DNA of 63,990 nt, counting the filler, from an uncultured bacterium (GTDB lineage: Bacteria > CAZSTA01), in NCBI GenBank assembly GCA_964609495.1. It is 7 parts of 7 records of this genome, joined end to end, with 100 filler letters (N's around TTAATTAATTAA, not from the genome) between each part and the next. Parts side by side here need not be neighbours in the genome. Positions count along the whole stretch, not along the records: positions 19,543 to 29,170 come from CAZSTA010000138.1; positions 29,271 to 38,833 come from CAZSTA010000139.1; 5 more parts are not named here. The stretch is one strand, 5' to 3'. Below the pieces are notes generated by a model. It saw only the letters and a list, made by a program, of their open reading frames with translations. It ran no database searches and had not been told where the DNA came from. Of the stretch, positions 20,166-30,449 are shown in pieces. Positions within the stretch are counted from its first letter, which is position 1. Every line of letters begins with the position of its first letter. The translations under genes were made by a program, and so were the position numbers.

Positions 20166-21098
20166 ATGAGAGGCTTGAGCAAGATTGGTATAGTCTTATC
20201 ATTGATGGCTGTCTTCGTAGGACAATTATTTGTTTTGAGCGCCTTGGGAGAGGAAAAGTCCGCTCCCATTTATAGCTCGGATTTTGCGGTTATGCAGCAA
20301 GGTAAAACCTTCTTTGGAAATCCGGCCGCCACTCCAGAGACCAAGACGAAGGAGACTAAATTCTATATAATGAAGAAGTTCAGCCCTACTGATGAACTGA
20401 CGCTGAGTATGGTCGGATATGAACAGCGCAGTAGGGGGCTTATAAGCATGGGAGCGACTGGTCAGACGGAGAGCTATCTGGGTGTTGCTCTCTTAGACCT
20501 TCGCTTCAAGAGTTTCTCTCGAACCACTCTTCGCCTCTCCTTCGGCCAAGAGCTAGGGGGAGCTTTCGCTAGTGGTGTTAATCTCAACCTTATGAACGAG
20601 AGACTCAATAACGAAAGCGAATTTAAATTGGGATTCGATATCGGATTTACTTACATACTCGTTCCTGATGAACTCACCGTGGGGATATTGATCCGAGATC
20701 TTACTGAGATGGGAGCAACAAAGAAAAAAGAAGAGAAAGAAGAGGAGGAAGGACAAGCTGAGGAGGATGAGGATAATGAGGAAGAAGAACTAATAGGGAT
20801 AGGAAGTAGTCTCTCTTTAGAGATAAATTATTGCCCCTTCAAAAGCACCTCCCTGATGCTTAGTATCAATCGCAGCCTAGGTGATAGTGGAGATACTGAG
20901 CCACATATTGTCATCTCTCTGGATTGGGAGGCTATGAGGAATCTGTTTCTAAGAGGTGGTTGGACCACTGAAGGAGAGGCTATAAGTTTAGGATTAGGGT
21001 ATAAAGCTGATGTATATAGATTCGATTACACCATCTCGCGAAGGGGAGAGGAGGAACTCGAGCATACGGTTGGGATCACTGCTAGTATCAGCTATTGA
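20166..21098 (+). CDS. PorV/PorQ (UPF0164)-like outer-membrane beta-barrel protein
   Basis: Signal peptide, NPAA, GFDIG, LFLRGG..SLGLGY..RFDY..H.VGI pattern, terminal aromatic residue; acidic insertion. Confidence 0.55.
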   Translation: MRGLSKIGIVLSLMAVFVGQLFVLSALGEEKSAPIYSSDFAVMQQGKTFFGNPAATPETKTKETKFYIMKKFSPTDELTLSMVGYEQRSRGLISMGATGQTESYLGVALLDLRFKSFSRTTLRLSFGQELGGAFASGVNLNLMNERLNNESEFKLGFDIGFTYILVPDELTVGILIRDLTEMGATKKKEEKEEEEGQAEEDEDNEEEELIGIGSSLSLEINYCPFKSTSLMLSINRSLGDSGDTEPHIVISLDWEAMRNLFLRGGWTTEGEAISLGLGYKADVYRFDYTISRRGEEELEHTVGITASISY

Positions 21099-21113
21099 CG
21101 AGGGTGAATTTAA

Positions 21114-22259
21114 TTGAAAATTGGAATATTTACAGATGCTTATAAGCCTATAGTAAGTGGGGTAGTAAATTCTATAGAGTCCTTTAGAGCTGGACTAACC
21201 ACCTTAGGCCATAAGGTCTATATATTCGCTCCTGATTTCCCTGGTTATGAAGATCGTCCTGATGGGATATTTCGCTTTAGCTCAATTAATATACATCCAG
21301 AAATATATTTCCCAGTAGCTATACCTTTCTCGCCAAGACTCTTCTCCATAATAGCGAAGCTCGATTTGGATATCATTCATACGCAACATCCTTTCGTTAT
21401 CGGAGAGGTAGGGGCTTTTTTCGCGAGAAAACTTAAGATACCCTTAATCTATACCCTTCATACTCAATATGAGCAGTATTCCCACTATGTTCCTCTTAAT
21501 CAGAGATTTGTTAGAGCTCTTACTCGCCGAGTAGTTAAATATTATACCAGTAATTGCGATTGTGTGATAACTCCGGCCTCTAGAATCAAGGAGCTTTTAG
21601 TAGCAGACTACGGGATTAATTCCTCCAGAATCGAGGTGATTCCTAACGCTATAGACCTTTCTCTCTATCAGAATATCGATCCAGAGTTAGTAAAAAGCAG
21701 ATATTCGCTCAATGGAGGGCGGAAGGGATTAGTTTTCGTCGGAAGGCTCGCTAGAGAGAAAAACCTCTCCTTTCTTCTATATTCCTTCCAAAACATACTC
21801 AGAAGAAGAGGAGATGTCTATCTAATGATCGTGGGAGGGGGGCCAGAGGAGATTAATCTGCGTAATTTAGCTAAAGAGTTGAAGATCGAAAAATCAACGA
21901 TCTTCACTGGTTCGCTTCCTTATCAGCAGATTCCTTATTACTATGCCGCAGCCGATATCTTTGTTACTGCTTCCACTACCGAGGTTCATCCCCTAACCCT
22001 CATCGAGGCGATGGCGGCGGGATTACCGATCGTTGCAGTAAATGCATTTGGAACTTGCGATATGGTGACTCCCGGGGAAGATGGTCTCCTTACGGCGAAC
22101 TCATCAGGTAACTTCGAGGAGGGGATCTTAACTCTCCTGGATAATAAGGGACTCCGGGATGAGATGTCGATTAAAGCTAAAGAAAAAGCTCAGAAATACT
22201 CTATTCCTTATATCTCTAAACAATTGGAGAAGCTTTACTTATCTCTACTTGAGAATTAA
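21114..22259 (+). CDS. GT4 glycosyltransferase (diacylglycerol glucosyltransferase-like)
   Basis: MKIGIFTDAY.P.VSGV, HTQYE.Y.HY, FVGRLAREKN, EAMAAGLP. Confidence 0.9.
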   Translation: MKIGIFTDAYKPIVSGVVNSIESFRAGLTTLGHKVYIFAPDFPGYEDRPDGIFRFSSINIHPEIYFPVAIPFSPRLFSIIAKLDLDIIHTQHPFVIGEVGAFFARKLKIPLIYTLHTQYEQYSHYVPLNQRFVRALTRRVVKYYTSNCDCVITPASRIKELLVADYGINSSRIEVIPNAIDLSLYQNIDPELVKSRYSLNGGRKGLVFVGRLAREKNLSFLLYSFQNILRRRGDVYLMIVGGGPEEINLRNLAKELKIEKSTIFTGSLPYQQIPYYYAAADIFVTASTTEVHPLTLIEAMAAGLPIVAVNAFGTCDMVTPGEDGLLTANSSGNFEEGILTLLDNKGLRDEMSIKAKEKAQKYSIPYISKQLEKLYLSLLEN

Positions 22260-22456
22260 AACCGTTCTCTATCTCCTCCCAGCTTATCCCTTTCCTTTTA
22301 CCTTCTTCATTTTTCCCCTAGATTATAGCACTTCACCCCTTTATTGTCTATAATACTAGGACAATATTTCACTCTCTTATAACAGAGTCCCTACAGATTA
22401 TCCTATTAAAAATACGTTAGCATGAAATTTTACATCTTAAGAAAAATAATTTGGTA

Positions 22457-22636
22457 TCAGGAGGCTCTTTTCTTATAGTTAGATCGTTTAGAATATCGAT
22501 TAGAGCTGCGAAGTTCTGGGGGTTGTTTCCCTTTGAGATTATCCCTGAGCGCTATTATCAGCTCCCGAACGCTAATTATGTTAATATATATCGAGAGGAT
22601 AAAAAGTAAAGCTACCACAATTATCTGTAGGATCAT
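22457..22636 (-). CDS. small (59 aa) single-TM protein with basic tail
   Basis: Manual translation MILQIIVVALLFILSIYINIISVRELIIALRDNLKGKQPPELRSSNRYSKRSNYKKRAS; upstream GGAG. Confidence 0.55.
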   Translation of the reverse strand: MILQIIVVALLFILSIYINIISVRELIIALRDNLKGKQPPELRSSNRYSKRSNYKKRAS

Positions 22637-22801
22637 CTTCTGTTAACTCCATTGAATTAGATCTTAATATCGAACTCCTGTTCGATATTATTATAACACA
22701 TAACCCTTTATTTGTCAAGAAAAATTTGACAGTTTAGAAGGTTTCGGATAAAATTAGACTAGAGAGGAAAGTAGCAAATTCTTATGAGGGGAGGATGAGA
22801 T

Positions 22802-23992
22802 ATGATGAGAAGAATAGTCGTAATATTGATATTACTGATAGTGTTGAGCTTAGCAATCGGATGTCAGGAATTTGAACTGGCTCTTACAGGAGAGGCGGGC
22901 TTATCTCAACCAGTATGGTCGCCTGATGGTGATAGAATTGCCTTTATCTCCTTCATTCCAGAGGAGGGCGAGGCTGAGGAGGAAAACGATTATTTTCGGC
23001 GAGAGTTATGGATTATGAATGCTGATGGGACTGATCTGAAGAGGATTGTGTCTGAGAGGAATCAAGAGCTTAATTTACTCGGCATACAACCTCCTGCTTG
23101 GTCTCCCGATGGGAAGCGGATAGCTTATGTTCTGGAGGATGACCTGTGGATAATTGATGTTGATAGGGGAGAACAGAGACAATTGACCTCCGATATCGAC
23201 GTTTTCTTCCTCAACTTCTGGCCTCCTAATTCGATCTGGTCTCCTGATGGGAAGAAGATAGCCATATCCTCTAGTGATTCTGATGAGGAAAAGTGCGATC
23301 TTTGGATAGTTGATACTGAGACTGGTGAAAGGAAGATGTTGATTCGAGTAGAGAAGGGAATAATACTTCCCTCTTACTCTTCTACTGGAGATAGGATAGC
23401 CTATCTCAGTGGGAATGAGGATAATATCGAGCTTTGGTCGATGGATAAAGAGGGCGGTGATATGATATTACTGGTTGGGATAGGTGATGAGGAACGGGAA
23501 GGTAGTTCTGATTTTCTCCCTCCTTTTTCTCTCTCCTGGTCGCCTGACGGGAAAGAGATCGCTTTATCTATCTTCTTGGGGAAAGAGGAAGATGGAAGGG
23601 TGCAAGTTGAAGTTTGGGCTGTTGAGGCTAAGGGAGGTGGTTTACGAAACATCACCGATACCAGATTCTTTGACGAGATGTATCCGATATGGTCCCCCGA
23701 GGGAGAGAGTATAATCTACTTCTTATGGGATAAGGAATTAGAGAAGTTCTTCCCTCGGATCATTAGCAAAGAGGGGAAACATAAAGAAGCTCTTATAATA
23801 GGATTAGATACCAAGCTCTTGGTGCAATCCCTTAGAGAATCATCGCCCTTATTGTCCTTCTCTTGGTCTCCTGATCGTCAGAAGATAGCTTATGTCTATG
23901 AAGGTAATATATGGATTATGGGGAAGGATATATCTCAACCTAGGCAATTGACTTTCTTCAAGGAGGAGATATTTGAAGAGGATAGTGAGTGA
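22802..23992 (+). CDS. TolB-like PD40 beta-propeller lipoprotein
   Basis: Lipobox-like LAIGC, repeated WSPDG..IA. Confidence 0.85.
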   Translation: MMRRIVVILILLIVLSLAIGCQEFELALTGEAGLSQPVWSPDGDRIAFISFIPEEGEAEEENDYFRRELWIMNADGTDLKRIVSERNQELNLLGIQPPAWSPDGKRIAYVLEDDLWIIDVDRGEQRQLTSDIDVFFLNFWPPNSIWSPDGKKIAISSSDSDEEKCDLWIVDTETGERKMLIRVEKGIILPSYSSTGDRIAYLSGNEDNIELWSMDKEGGDMILLVGIGDEEREGSSDFLPPFSLSWSPDGKEIALSIFLGKEEDGRVQVEVWAVEAKGGGLRNITDTRFFDEMYPIWSPEGESIIYFLWDKELEKFFPRIISKEGKHKEALIIGLDTKLLVQSLRESSPLLSFSWSPDRQKIAYVYEGNIWIMGKDISQPRQLTFFKEEIFEEDSE

Positions 23993-24112
23993 TGGCGAGT
24001 CTTTGAAGCAGTTGTGTGAAATATAAGGGCGATCTATCAAGTAATAGAGGGTGTTTTAGTGCTAGAGGAGGTATAAAGCTAGATATTAAAATGGTCAAAG
24101 AGAGTGTGAATT

Positions 24113-26584
24113 ATGAACGCTTACGAGAGAATCTTCCAATCGCTCGAGGTAGCTGTTCTCATTTTGCTTTTAACCGTAGTTCTAAATTTTATCTTGTTCA
24201 ATGCAAAGGAGGTCGAAGCTGAAGATAAGATGAATACTTGGATACTGACTACAGATTCGTTCGTTGACTATACCCGCGTTTACTTAGGGAATGGATATAT
24301 AAGCACTCAAGTGCCAATAGAGGGCAATGGCTGGGCGGGATTTAAGCCGGTGAACTGCTATATAGCAGGAGTATATAATCAATCCGATCCTAAAAGGGTT
24401 ACTCATACCGCTATAGTTCCTCGTTGGAGTGCTCTAATCTATGATAATGGTTATCATAAGTTCTCCGTTGACAGCGGAGGGACTATCAAGCCCTACAGAC
24501 AGGAACTCGATCTCAGAGATGGATACATACGAACTACTTGTACCTGGGAGGATCGGGATAGAGTTACTGATCTAGATATTACTATTTTCGTCTCTCGTGA
24601 TGATGCCCATCGAGCAGTTATAAAATACTCTCTAGTTCCTCGCTTCACAGGAACAGTTAGGATTATAAATGTCCTTGATGGTTCTGCTTCTCCTGATCTA
24701 GAGGCGATAGAGAGCGGTAGCGATGCTGAAGGACAGCTGATCTGGCTGGAGACCGAAACAGGGGAATCGCAGATCGATATCGTTGAGGCTTCCATCCTCG
24801 CTTCCTCATCTGGCGTAAAATTTGAAGATGTTGAATATGAGGCTGATAAGAGTGGCAAGATTACATGGCAGAGGATATCTTTCCCAGTAGTAGCAGATGA
24901 GAAATATACTTTCTACAAATATGTCTCGGTTTATACATCTTTAGATTCGAGGGATCCACTAGAGGAAGCTAGAGAATCCGTGTTAGTAAGTGCTGATATT
25001 GGTTATGAGGCTTGCTTTGAAAAGCATCGAGCCGCTTGGCATAATATTTGGGAAACTGATATCGAGATCGAGGGAGATACGGAGCTTCAAAAGATGATTC
25101 ATTCTCAGATATTCTTTCTGCTAAATAGTATAAGGGCCGGATGGGATTGGTCCATTGCGCCAATGGGAATCTCCAGCAGTGGATTTAATGGTCATATCTT
25201 CTGGGATGCGGAGACTTGGATGTATCCACCTCTACTTTTGATGCATCCAGAGTTGGCTGAATCGATGCTCAGATATAGATATAACACCCTGTCTGGAGCG
25301 CAACAGAAGGCTAAGGAGAACGGATATGAGGGGGCGATGTTCGCTTGGGAGAGCGCCTCGACTGGAGTGGAGACGACTCCTAAATGGGCTGATACTGGCG
25401 AATACGAGCATCATATTACTGGAGATGTAGCTTTGGCTCAGTGGCAGTATTATCTTGTTACTCTGGATAAAGAATGGCTCGAAAGGTATGGATATCCGAT
25501 AATTTACGAAACCGCTAAATATTGGGTGAGTCGAGTGATTTATAACTCCGAGGCAGATCGCTATGAGGTAAGGGGCGTGATCTGTGCTGACGAATATTCG
25601 GGAGTAGTCGATAATAATGTCTTTACTAATGCAGTAGCGCAGAGGAATCTCTATATAGCGATCGAGGTCTGCAAATTGTTGGACAAGCCCTATCCGAATG
25701 AGTGGAAGACTATCGCTGATAAGATGTTCTTCCCCTTCGACAAAGTGGGGCAGAAATATCTGGAGTTCGAAGATTACGCAGGGCAACGGATAAAGCAAGC
25801 TGATACTAATTTACTGACGTATCCTCTGGAATTTCCTATGTCTGAAGATGTTAAGGCTAATGATCTCGACTACTACACCAAAGTCTTCGATGTGAATGGA
25901 CCTGCTATGAGTTCTAGCATATACTCGATCGTCTCCGCTGAGTTGGGGAGAAGAGAAGGGGCTTATGAATACTATGTCAGAAGCTACAAGCCTAATGTCA
26001 AACTACCTTTCTATGCCTTCAGCGAGACCCCGATAAATAATAACTTCTGCTTTCTAACGGGAATAGGTGGATCGCTACAGAGCTTAATTTATGGCTTCAC
26101 TGGTTTGAGAATCCATAAGAAGGGATTAGCTTTTACCCCTTTTCTCCCCGAGGAGTGGGATCAGCTCAAGCTGAAGAACTTCAAGTTCAGGGGTGCCTCC
26201 TACGATATAGTGGTCAAGAAAGGGGATGGAGGCTCGTTTACTAAGAGCTGTGATAATTTAGCTTTAAGCCTCGAAGCTGATGACTATCGCTTAACTCCGA
26301 GAGGGAAATTACATCTTATCCTATCCCTGGCTAATGAGGGAGATACTGCTTTAAGGGAGGGGAAATTCGAACTTCGGCTACCTGAGGGATGGGAGATCGA
26401 GAGGGCGCAGAATAGTGAATTCAAGGAGTTAAAGGCTGGAGATACTATATCCGCTGATTTTGAGATAGCTGTCGGGGAGGAGATCGAGGGGGATTTCTCA
26501 TATATAGCGGGTTTACTTCTCTGTCAGAGAGAAGGAAAGAGGATAGAGGATGAGATAGGGTTTGAGGTTAGAATCGAAAAATAG
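24113..26584 (+). CDS. GH65 family glycoside hydrolase (acid trehalase/PGGHG-like) with C-terminal NEW3-like domain
   Basis: GHIFWDAETW, EHHITGD, ADEY, IKQAD, FLTG.GG.LQ; N-terminal hydrophobic segment; LPEGW. Confidence 0.88.
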   Translation: MNAYERIFQSLEVAVLILLLTVVLNFILFNAKEVEAEDKMNTWILTTDSFVDYTRVYLGNGYISTQVPIEGNGWAGFKPVNCYIAGVYNQSDPKRVTHTAIVPRWSALIYDNGYHKFSVDSGGTIKPYRQELDLRDGYIRTTCTWEDRDRVTDLDITIFVSRDDAHRAVIKYSLVPRFTGTVRIINVLDGSASPDLEAIESGSDAEGQLIWLETETGESQIDIVEASILASSSGVKFEDVEYEADKSGKITWQRISFPVVADEKYTFYKYVSVYTSLDSRDPLEEARESVLVSADIGYEACFEKHRAAWHNIWETDIEIEGDTELQKMIHSQIFFLLNSIRAGWDWSIAPMGISSSGFNGHIFWDAETWMYPPLLLMHPELAESMLRYRYNTLSGAQQKAKENGYEGAMFAWESASTGVETTPKWADTGEYEHHITGDVALAQWQYYLVTLDKEWLERYGYPIIYETAKYWVSRVIYNSEADRYEVRGVICADEYSGVVDNNVFTNAVAQRNLYIAIEVCKLLDKPYPNEWKTIADKMFFPFDKVGQKYLEFEDYAGQRIKQADTNLLTYPLEFPMSEDVKANDLDYYTKVFDVNGPAMSSSIYSIVSAELGRREGAYEYYVRSYKPNVKLPFYAFSETPINNNFCFLTGIGGSLQSLIYGFTGLRIHKKGLAFTPFLPEEWDQLKLKNFKFRGASYDIVVKKGDGGSFTKSCDNLALSLEADDYRLTPRGKLHLILSLANEGDTALREGKFELRLPEGWEIERAQNSEFKELKAGDTISADFEIAVGEEIEGDFSYIAGLLLCQREGKRIEDEIGFEVRIEK

Positions 26585-26604
26585 ATTGAATTTTGCTGAG
26601 GTAG

Positions 26605-27339
26605 GTGATAATTTTGCTGAGGAAGATAGGTATATCGGTAATTTGCTTAGCTATGCTATTGATAACCTCGGTGACCGAAGCTATCACCGAGGAGGAGTTT
26701 GCAAAGGCTAGAGAGAAGATGGTCCTAGAGCAGTTGAAGGGGAGAGATATAACTGATCCGAAGGTTTTGGAGGTTATGGGGAAAGTCCCTCGTCATAAAT
26801 TCGTTTCTGAAGATCTATTGAGACAAGCTTATGCTGACCATCCTTTACCTATCGGAGAAGGACAGACTATATCACAGCCCTATATTGTGGCGCTGATGAC
26901 TCAGGTTCTAAAGCTGGAGCCATCGGATAAGGCTTTAGAGGTAGGCACAGGTTCAGGATATCAAGCGGCAGTCCTCGCTGAGATCGTGGATCAAGTATAT
27001 ACCGTGGAAATAAGACCTAAATTGGCTGAAAGTGCGGCAGAGCGTCTCAAAGAATTGAAGTATGATAATGTCGAGGTGAGAAATTCGGATGGGTACTTTG
27101 GGTGGGAGGAAAACGCTCCCTTTGACGCGGTAATCGTGACTTGTGCTGCTGATCATATCCCTCCGCCTCTGATATCTCAGCTTAGGGATGGAGGGATGAT
27201 AGTAATACCGGTGGGGAGTCCCTTCAGTTATCAACAGCTTATACTTCTGGAGAAGAAGGGCTCAGATATATATACTAAGCAAATAACAGGAGTTCTCTTC
27301 GTTCCTATGATCGGCGAGATCGAAAAGAAGGGTAAGTAA
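26605..27339 (+). CDS. pcm: protein-L-isoaspartate O-methyltransferase with N-terminal signal-like extension
   Basis: VPRH.FV, AY.D.PLPIG.GQTISQPY, LEVGTGSGYQAA, FVPM. Confidence 0.93.
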   Translation: MIILLRKIGISVICLAMLLITSVTEAITEEEFAKAREKMVLEQLKGRDITDPKVLEVMGKVPRHKFVSEDLLRQAYADHPLPIGEGQTISQPYIVALMTQVLKLEPSDKALEVGTGSGYQAAVLAEIVDQVYTVEIRPKLAESAAERLKELKYDNVEVRNSDGYFGWEENAPFDAVIVTCAADHIPPPLISQLRDGGMIVIPVGSPFSYQQLILLEKKGSDIYTKQITGVLFVPMIGEIEKKGK

Positions 27340-27380
27340 CCCCGCAAAGGTTCTCCAAGATTATTATGGCGGTAATCTCT

Positions 27381-28454
27381 TCAATATTTTTCTCCTTCTT
27401 CAAGTGGGGCTAAAGAGGGTTGTCCATCCCTAGCAATTACGATAGGGAGCACTTGGACTCCTCTTAGCCCCCGCTTGTCGATAAGACAGCGGAGAATGAT
27501 AGCTTGGCGCGTATAGGGCCAAGGCTGATCGAAGACGAAGTTTCCTAGACTGTAAAATACTAATCCATTCTCAGTCATCTCCATCTCCTGAACTACATGG
27601 GGATGGTGACCGATTATCAAATCTGCTCCAGCTTTTAGGACTGCATAGGCGATCGAACGCTGTCTTGAGGAGGCTTTAGGTTGATATTCCTCTCCCCAGT
27701 GGAAAGATACTATCACAAAATCAGCTTCATCTTCGGCAGTTTTTATATCTCTTTCCAGCTGAGCAGGCTGAGCTCTCCTTAATCCTGTCTCTCCGGGGAT
27801 GTCATAGGGATCGATTATATCGGTATAAGCTAGAAAAGCGATAGCGAGCCCTTTAACTTTCTTTATCACAGGTTCGTTGTCTCCTTCATTAATCCCCACT
27901 GTCAATATCTTTGCTTTCTCTAGTGACTCTATAGTATCTTGGAGAGCTTCCTCTCCATAGTCCAGAGTGTGATTATTAGCTAGAGAGAGGATATCGAACC
28001 CAGCATAGACCAGTCCCTCTATCACCTCTGGCTCGGCGCGGAAGCGATAGGAACCGGGGCGTAACTCTCCTCTTTGGGAGATCGGATTCTCAAGATTAGC
28101 GAAGGCGATATCGGCTTTTTTCAATATCTCAACTGTAGCAGAAAAAGGATATTGGGGAGATCTTCGAGCGATAACCTCCCCTACGTAACGGCTGAGCATA
28201 ATATCGCCCACCGCTATAAATTCGACGCTCTCTTCTATATCTTCAATCCCTATCGGTCTATCATCTCTTAGGAATACCCAGGGATAAGTGGAGAGAGCAA
28301 GACAGGCATCGGTTTGTGTTTCTTCTCCATCGGCGTTATTAAATGGTATAATTATTAGGATAAACACAACTACTCTTATTGAATATAGAGCGATAGAGGG
28401 AGGATTTTTTCTTCCTATTGTAAATTTCTTCGACAAGGTGAATTTTCCTCTCAA
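27381..28454 (-). CDS. CapA/PGA_cap metallophosphoesterase-family protein
   Basis: VGDIML, ANLENP, LANNHTLDYG, HWGEEY, GHHPHV, YSLGNFVFD; start uncertain. Confidence 0.88.
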   Translation of the reverse strand: MRGKFTLSKKFTIGRKNPPSIALYSIRVVVFILIIIPFNNADGEETQTDACLALSTYPWVFLRDDRPIGIEDIEESVEFIAVGDIMLSRYVGEVIARRSPQYPFSATVEILKKADIAFANLENPISQRGELRPGSYRFRAEPEVIEGLVYAGFDILSLANNHTLDYGEEALQDTIESLEKAKILTVGINEGDNEPVIKKVKGLAIAFLAYTDIIDPYDIPGETGLRRAQPAQLERDIKTAEDEADFVIVSFHWGEEYQPKASSRQRSIAYAVLKAGADLIIGHHPHVVQEMEMTENGLVFYSLGNFVFDQPWPYTRQAIILRCLIDKRGLRGVQVLPIVIARDGQPSLAPLEEGEKY

Positions 28455-28517
28455 TTGGGAAGATGCACTGATAATTAGCTCACCGATGGAATGGATGCAA
28501 AATTGAAATGCAATAAT

Positions 28518-29170
28518 TTACAAATTATTTGATTTACAAAATTTAGCTAGGCGACATCCTTCACAGATTGGATCTTTTCTACAGTGTTGCTTTGCGTGTT
28601 CCACTATAAGGGCATGGTATTCGTTAAAAATAGCGGGGTTCTTTTCCAATCTAGTTGTAAAGATATTCTGAATTGTATTATAATTATCATCTAACGAGCA
28701 AAGTCCTAGCCTTGAAAATATGCGCTTGGTGTAGGTGTCAACAACAAAGTTTGGTTTATCGTAGGCATAAAGGAGTATGGAATCTACTGTCTCCGGACCC
28801 AATCCCCATATACCGAGCAAACCCTCTCTTGTTATTCTGCCTTCGAAACTCACGAAGGCTTTGAGTTTCTTAGCCTTCTGGTTGTAGTAGCCTGCTGGCT
28901 TTATGAGTTCTGCTAATTCCTCAAGGGAAGTTTGCGAAATAGCCTCTCTGGTTAGTGATTTATTCAATTTCATATTAGCTATTGCCTTCTCAACGTTCTT
29001 CCAGTTAGTAGATTGGGCGAGTATTGCGCCAGCACAGATCTCAAATTTTTCCCTATCTGTTTTTTCCCTTAACTTTAATTTTGGATCGTAAACAGGTTTC
29101 AAGCCTTTCGGTTCGGTAACTGGCCACCAACCTCGAGGACCGTAGTTTTCAAGTAGAATTTGGTATATCT
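28518..29170 (-). CDS. HhH-GPD endonuclease III-like DNA glycosylase, 5' truncated by linker
   Basis: YGPRGWWP upstream of the track start, GAILAQSTNW, GLGPETVDSILLY, C-terminal Cys cluster. Confidence 0.85.
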
Positions 29171-29270
29171 NNNNNNNNNNNNNNNNNNNNNNNNNNNNNN
29201 NNNNNNNNNNNNNNTTAATTAATTAANNNNNNNNNNNNNNNNNNNNNNNNNNNNNNNNNNNNNNNNNNNN
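29171..29270. other. artificial contig linker
   Basis: N run with TTAATTAATTAA. Confidence 0.97.
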
Positions 29271-29490
29271 CCTTTTCATTCAACTTGATTATCTTTAATA
29301 GGCCCTCCCGAAGTTTCTCGAACTCCTCTCCCGTCAAAATACCGAGGGAGGCTAACATCTTCGCATGAGCGATCGAACCAATAGCATCGGCTCGAATAAG
29401 TTCAGCATTTACCTCTAACCGATCGCCTACTAGAAACCTCTTCACCTTTTCGTTGACTTCATAACCCTTATCCCAAAGCGTCCCCATCAA
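29271..29490 (-). CDS. argH: argininosuccinate lyase, N-terminal fragment
   Basis: LWDKG, D.IGSIAHA.ML...GIL; follows argB in the arg operon. Confidence 0.85.
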
Positions 29491-29513
29491 CTACACCCCA
29501 TAGAAAATAGAAG

Positions 29514-30449
29514 TTATCTACTATCCACTCGAAGTTCATAGCTCATATAACTTTCTCTGTCCCTATCTCCCCTGAAGAACATCGTCCCGATACCTCTGAC
29601 GGTGAATATCTCAAGCAAGAGAGCATCCTTCCTCGTGCCATCGATGATATGAGCCCTCTTTACCCCTCCCTCGATCGCCGAGAGGCAAGATTCTACCTTG
29701 GGGATCATCCCCTTGGTGATTATCCCTTCTTCGATGAGCAGACGAGCTTGTTCAATGTCAAGATAGGATATTAGAGATTCCTTATCGGCAGAATCCCTGA
29801 GGACCCCGGAGACATCGGTTATATTGATCAGTTTATCCGCCTTCATACAACTGGCTATCTTCCCCGCGATAACATCAGCGTTTATATTATAGATGTTACC
29901 CTCATCATCCGCCCCTAAGCAGGATATGACCGGAATATATCCAGAATCGACTAAAATTAGGAGGAGATCGGTATCGATACTGATAACATCTCCTACATGG
30001 CCAAAATCCACTTCTTGATACTTCCCTGTTTCCCTGTCCAACATCTTGGTGATTCCTCTCCTCTTGGCTTTAATTAATCCTCCATCGATTCCAGATAATC
30101 CTACTCCTTGAGAGCCATTCTTTCGCAAAGCGGAGACGATCTCGATATTTATCTTTCCCCCATAGATCATCTTCGCTATCTCTAGATCTTGATCCCCAGT
30201 TATCCTCCGTCCATTGATAACTTGGGGAGAATGTCCCAATCTTCTCGATAACTCGTTAGCCTGAGGTCCTCCTCCGTGAACTACGATCACTCTAATCCCT
30301 ACTTGGTGGAGGATGGTAATATCCTCAGTTAGAGAATTCAGGTTTTCAGGAACGCTGACTACATTACCTCCAAATTTAATGACGAATAAGTTATTTTTAA
30401 ACCTTTTTATATAGGGTAGAGCCTGCTTTAATGCGCTTACATCCTTCAC
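29514..30449 (-). CDS. argB: acetylglutamate kinase
   Basis: VIKFGG, VHGGGPQ, GRRIT, NINAD, GMIPK. Confidence 0.95.
   Translation of the reverse strand: MKDVSALKQALPYIKRFKNNLFVIKFGGNVVSVPENLNSLTEDITILHQVGIRVIVVHGGGPQANELSRRLGHSPQVINGRRITGDQDLEIAKMIYGGKINIEIVSALRKNGSQGVGLSGIDGGLIKAKRRGITKMLDRETGKYQEVDFGHVGDVISIDTDLLLILVDSGYIPVISCLGADDEGNIYNINADVIAGKIASCMKADKLINITDVSGVLRDSADKESLISYLDIEQARLLIEEGIITKGMIPKVESCLSAIEGGVKRAHIIDGTRKDALLLEIFTVRGIGTMFFRGDRDRESYMSYELRVDSR

Noticed and set aside
27364-27395. Possible frameshift at the CapA C-terminus
   Set aside because: At most one base in an A-run affecting a few terminal residues; likely trivial or an error
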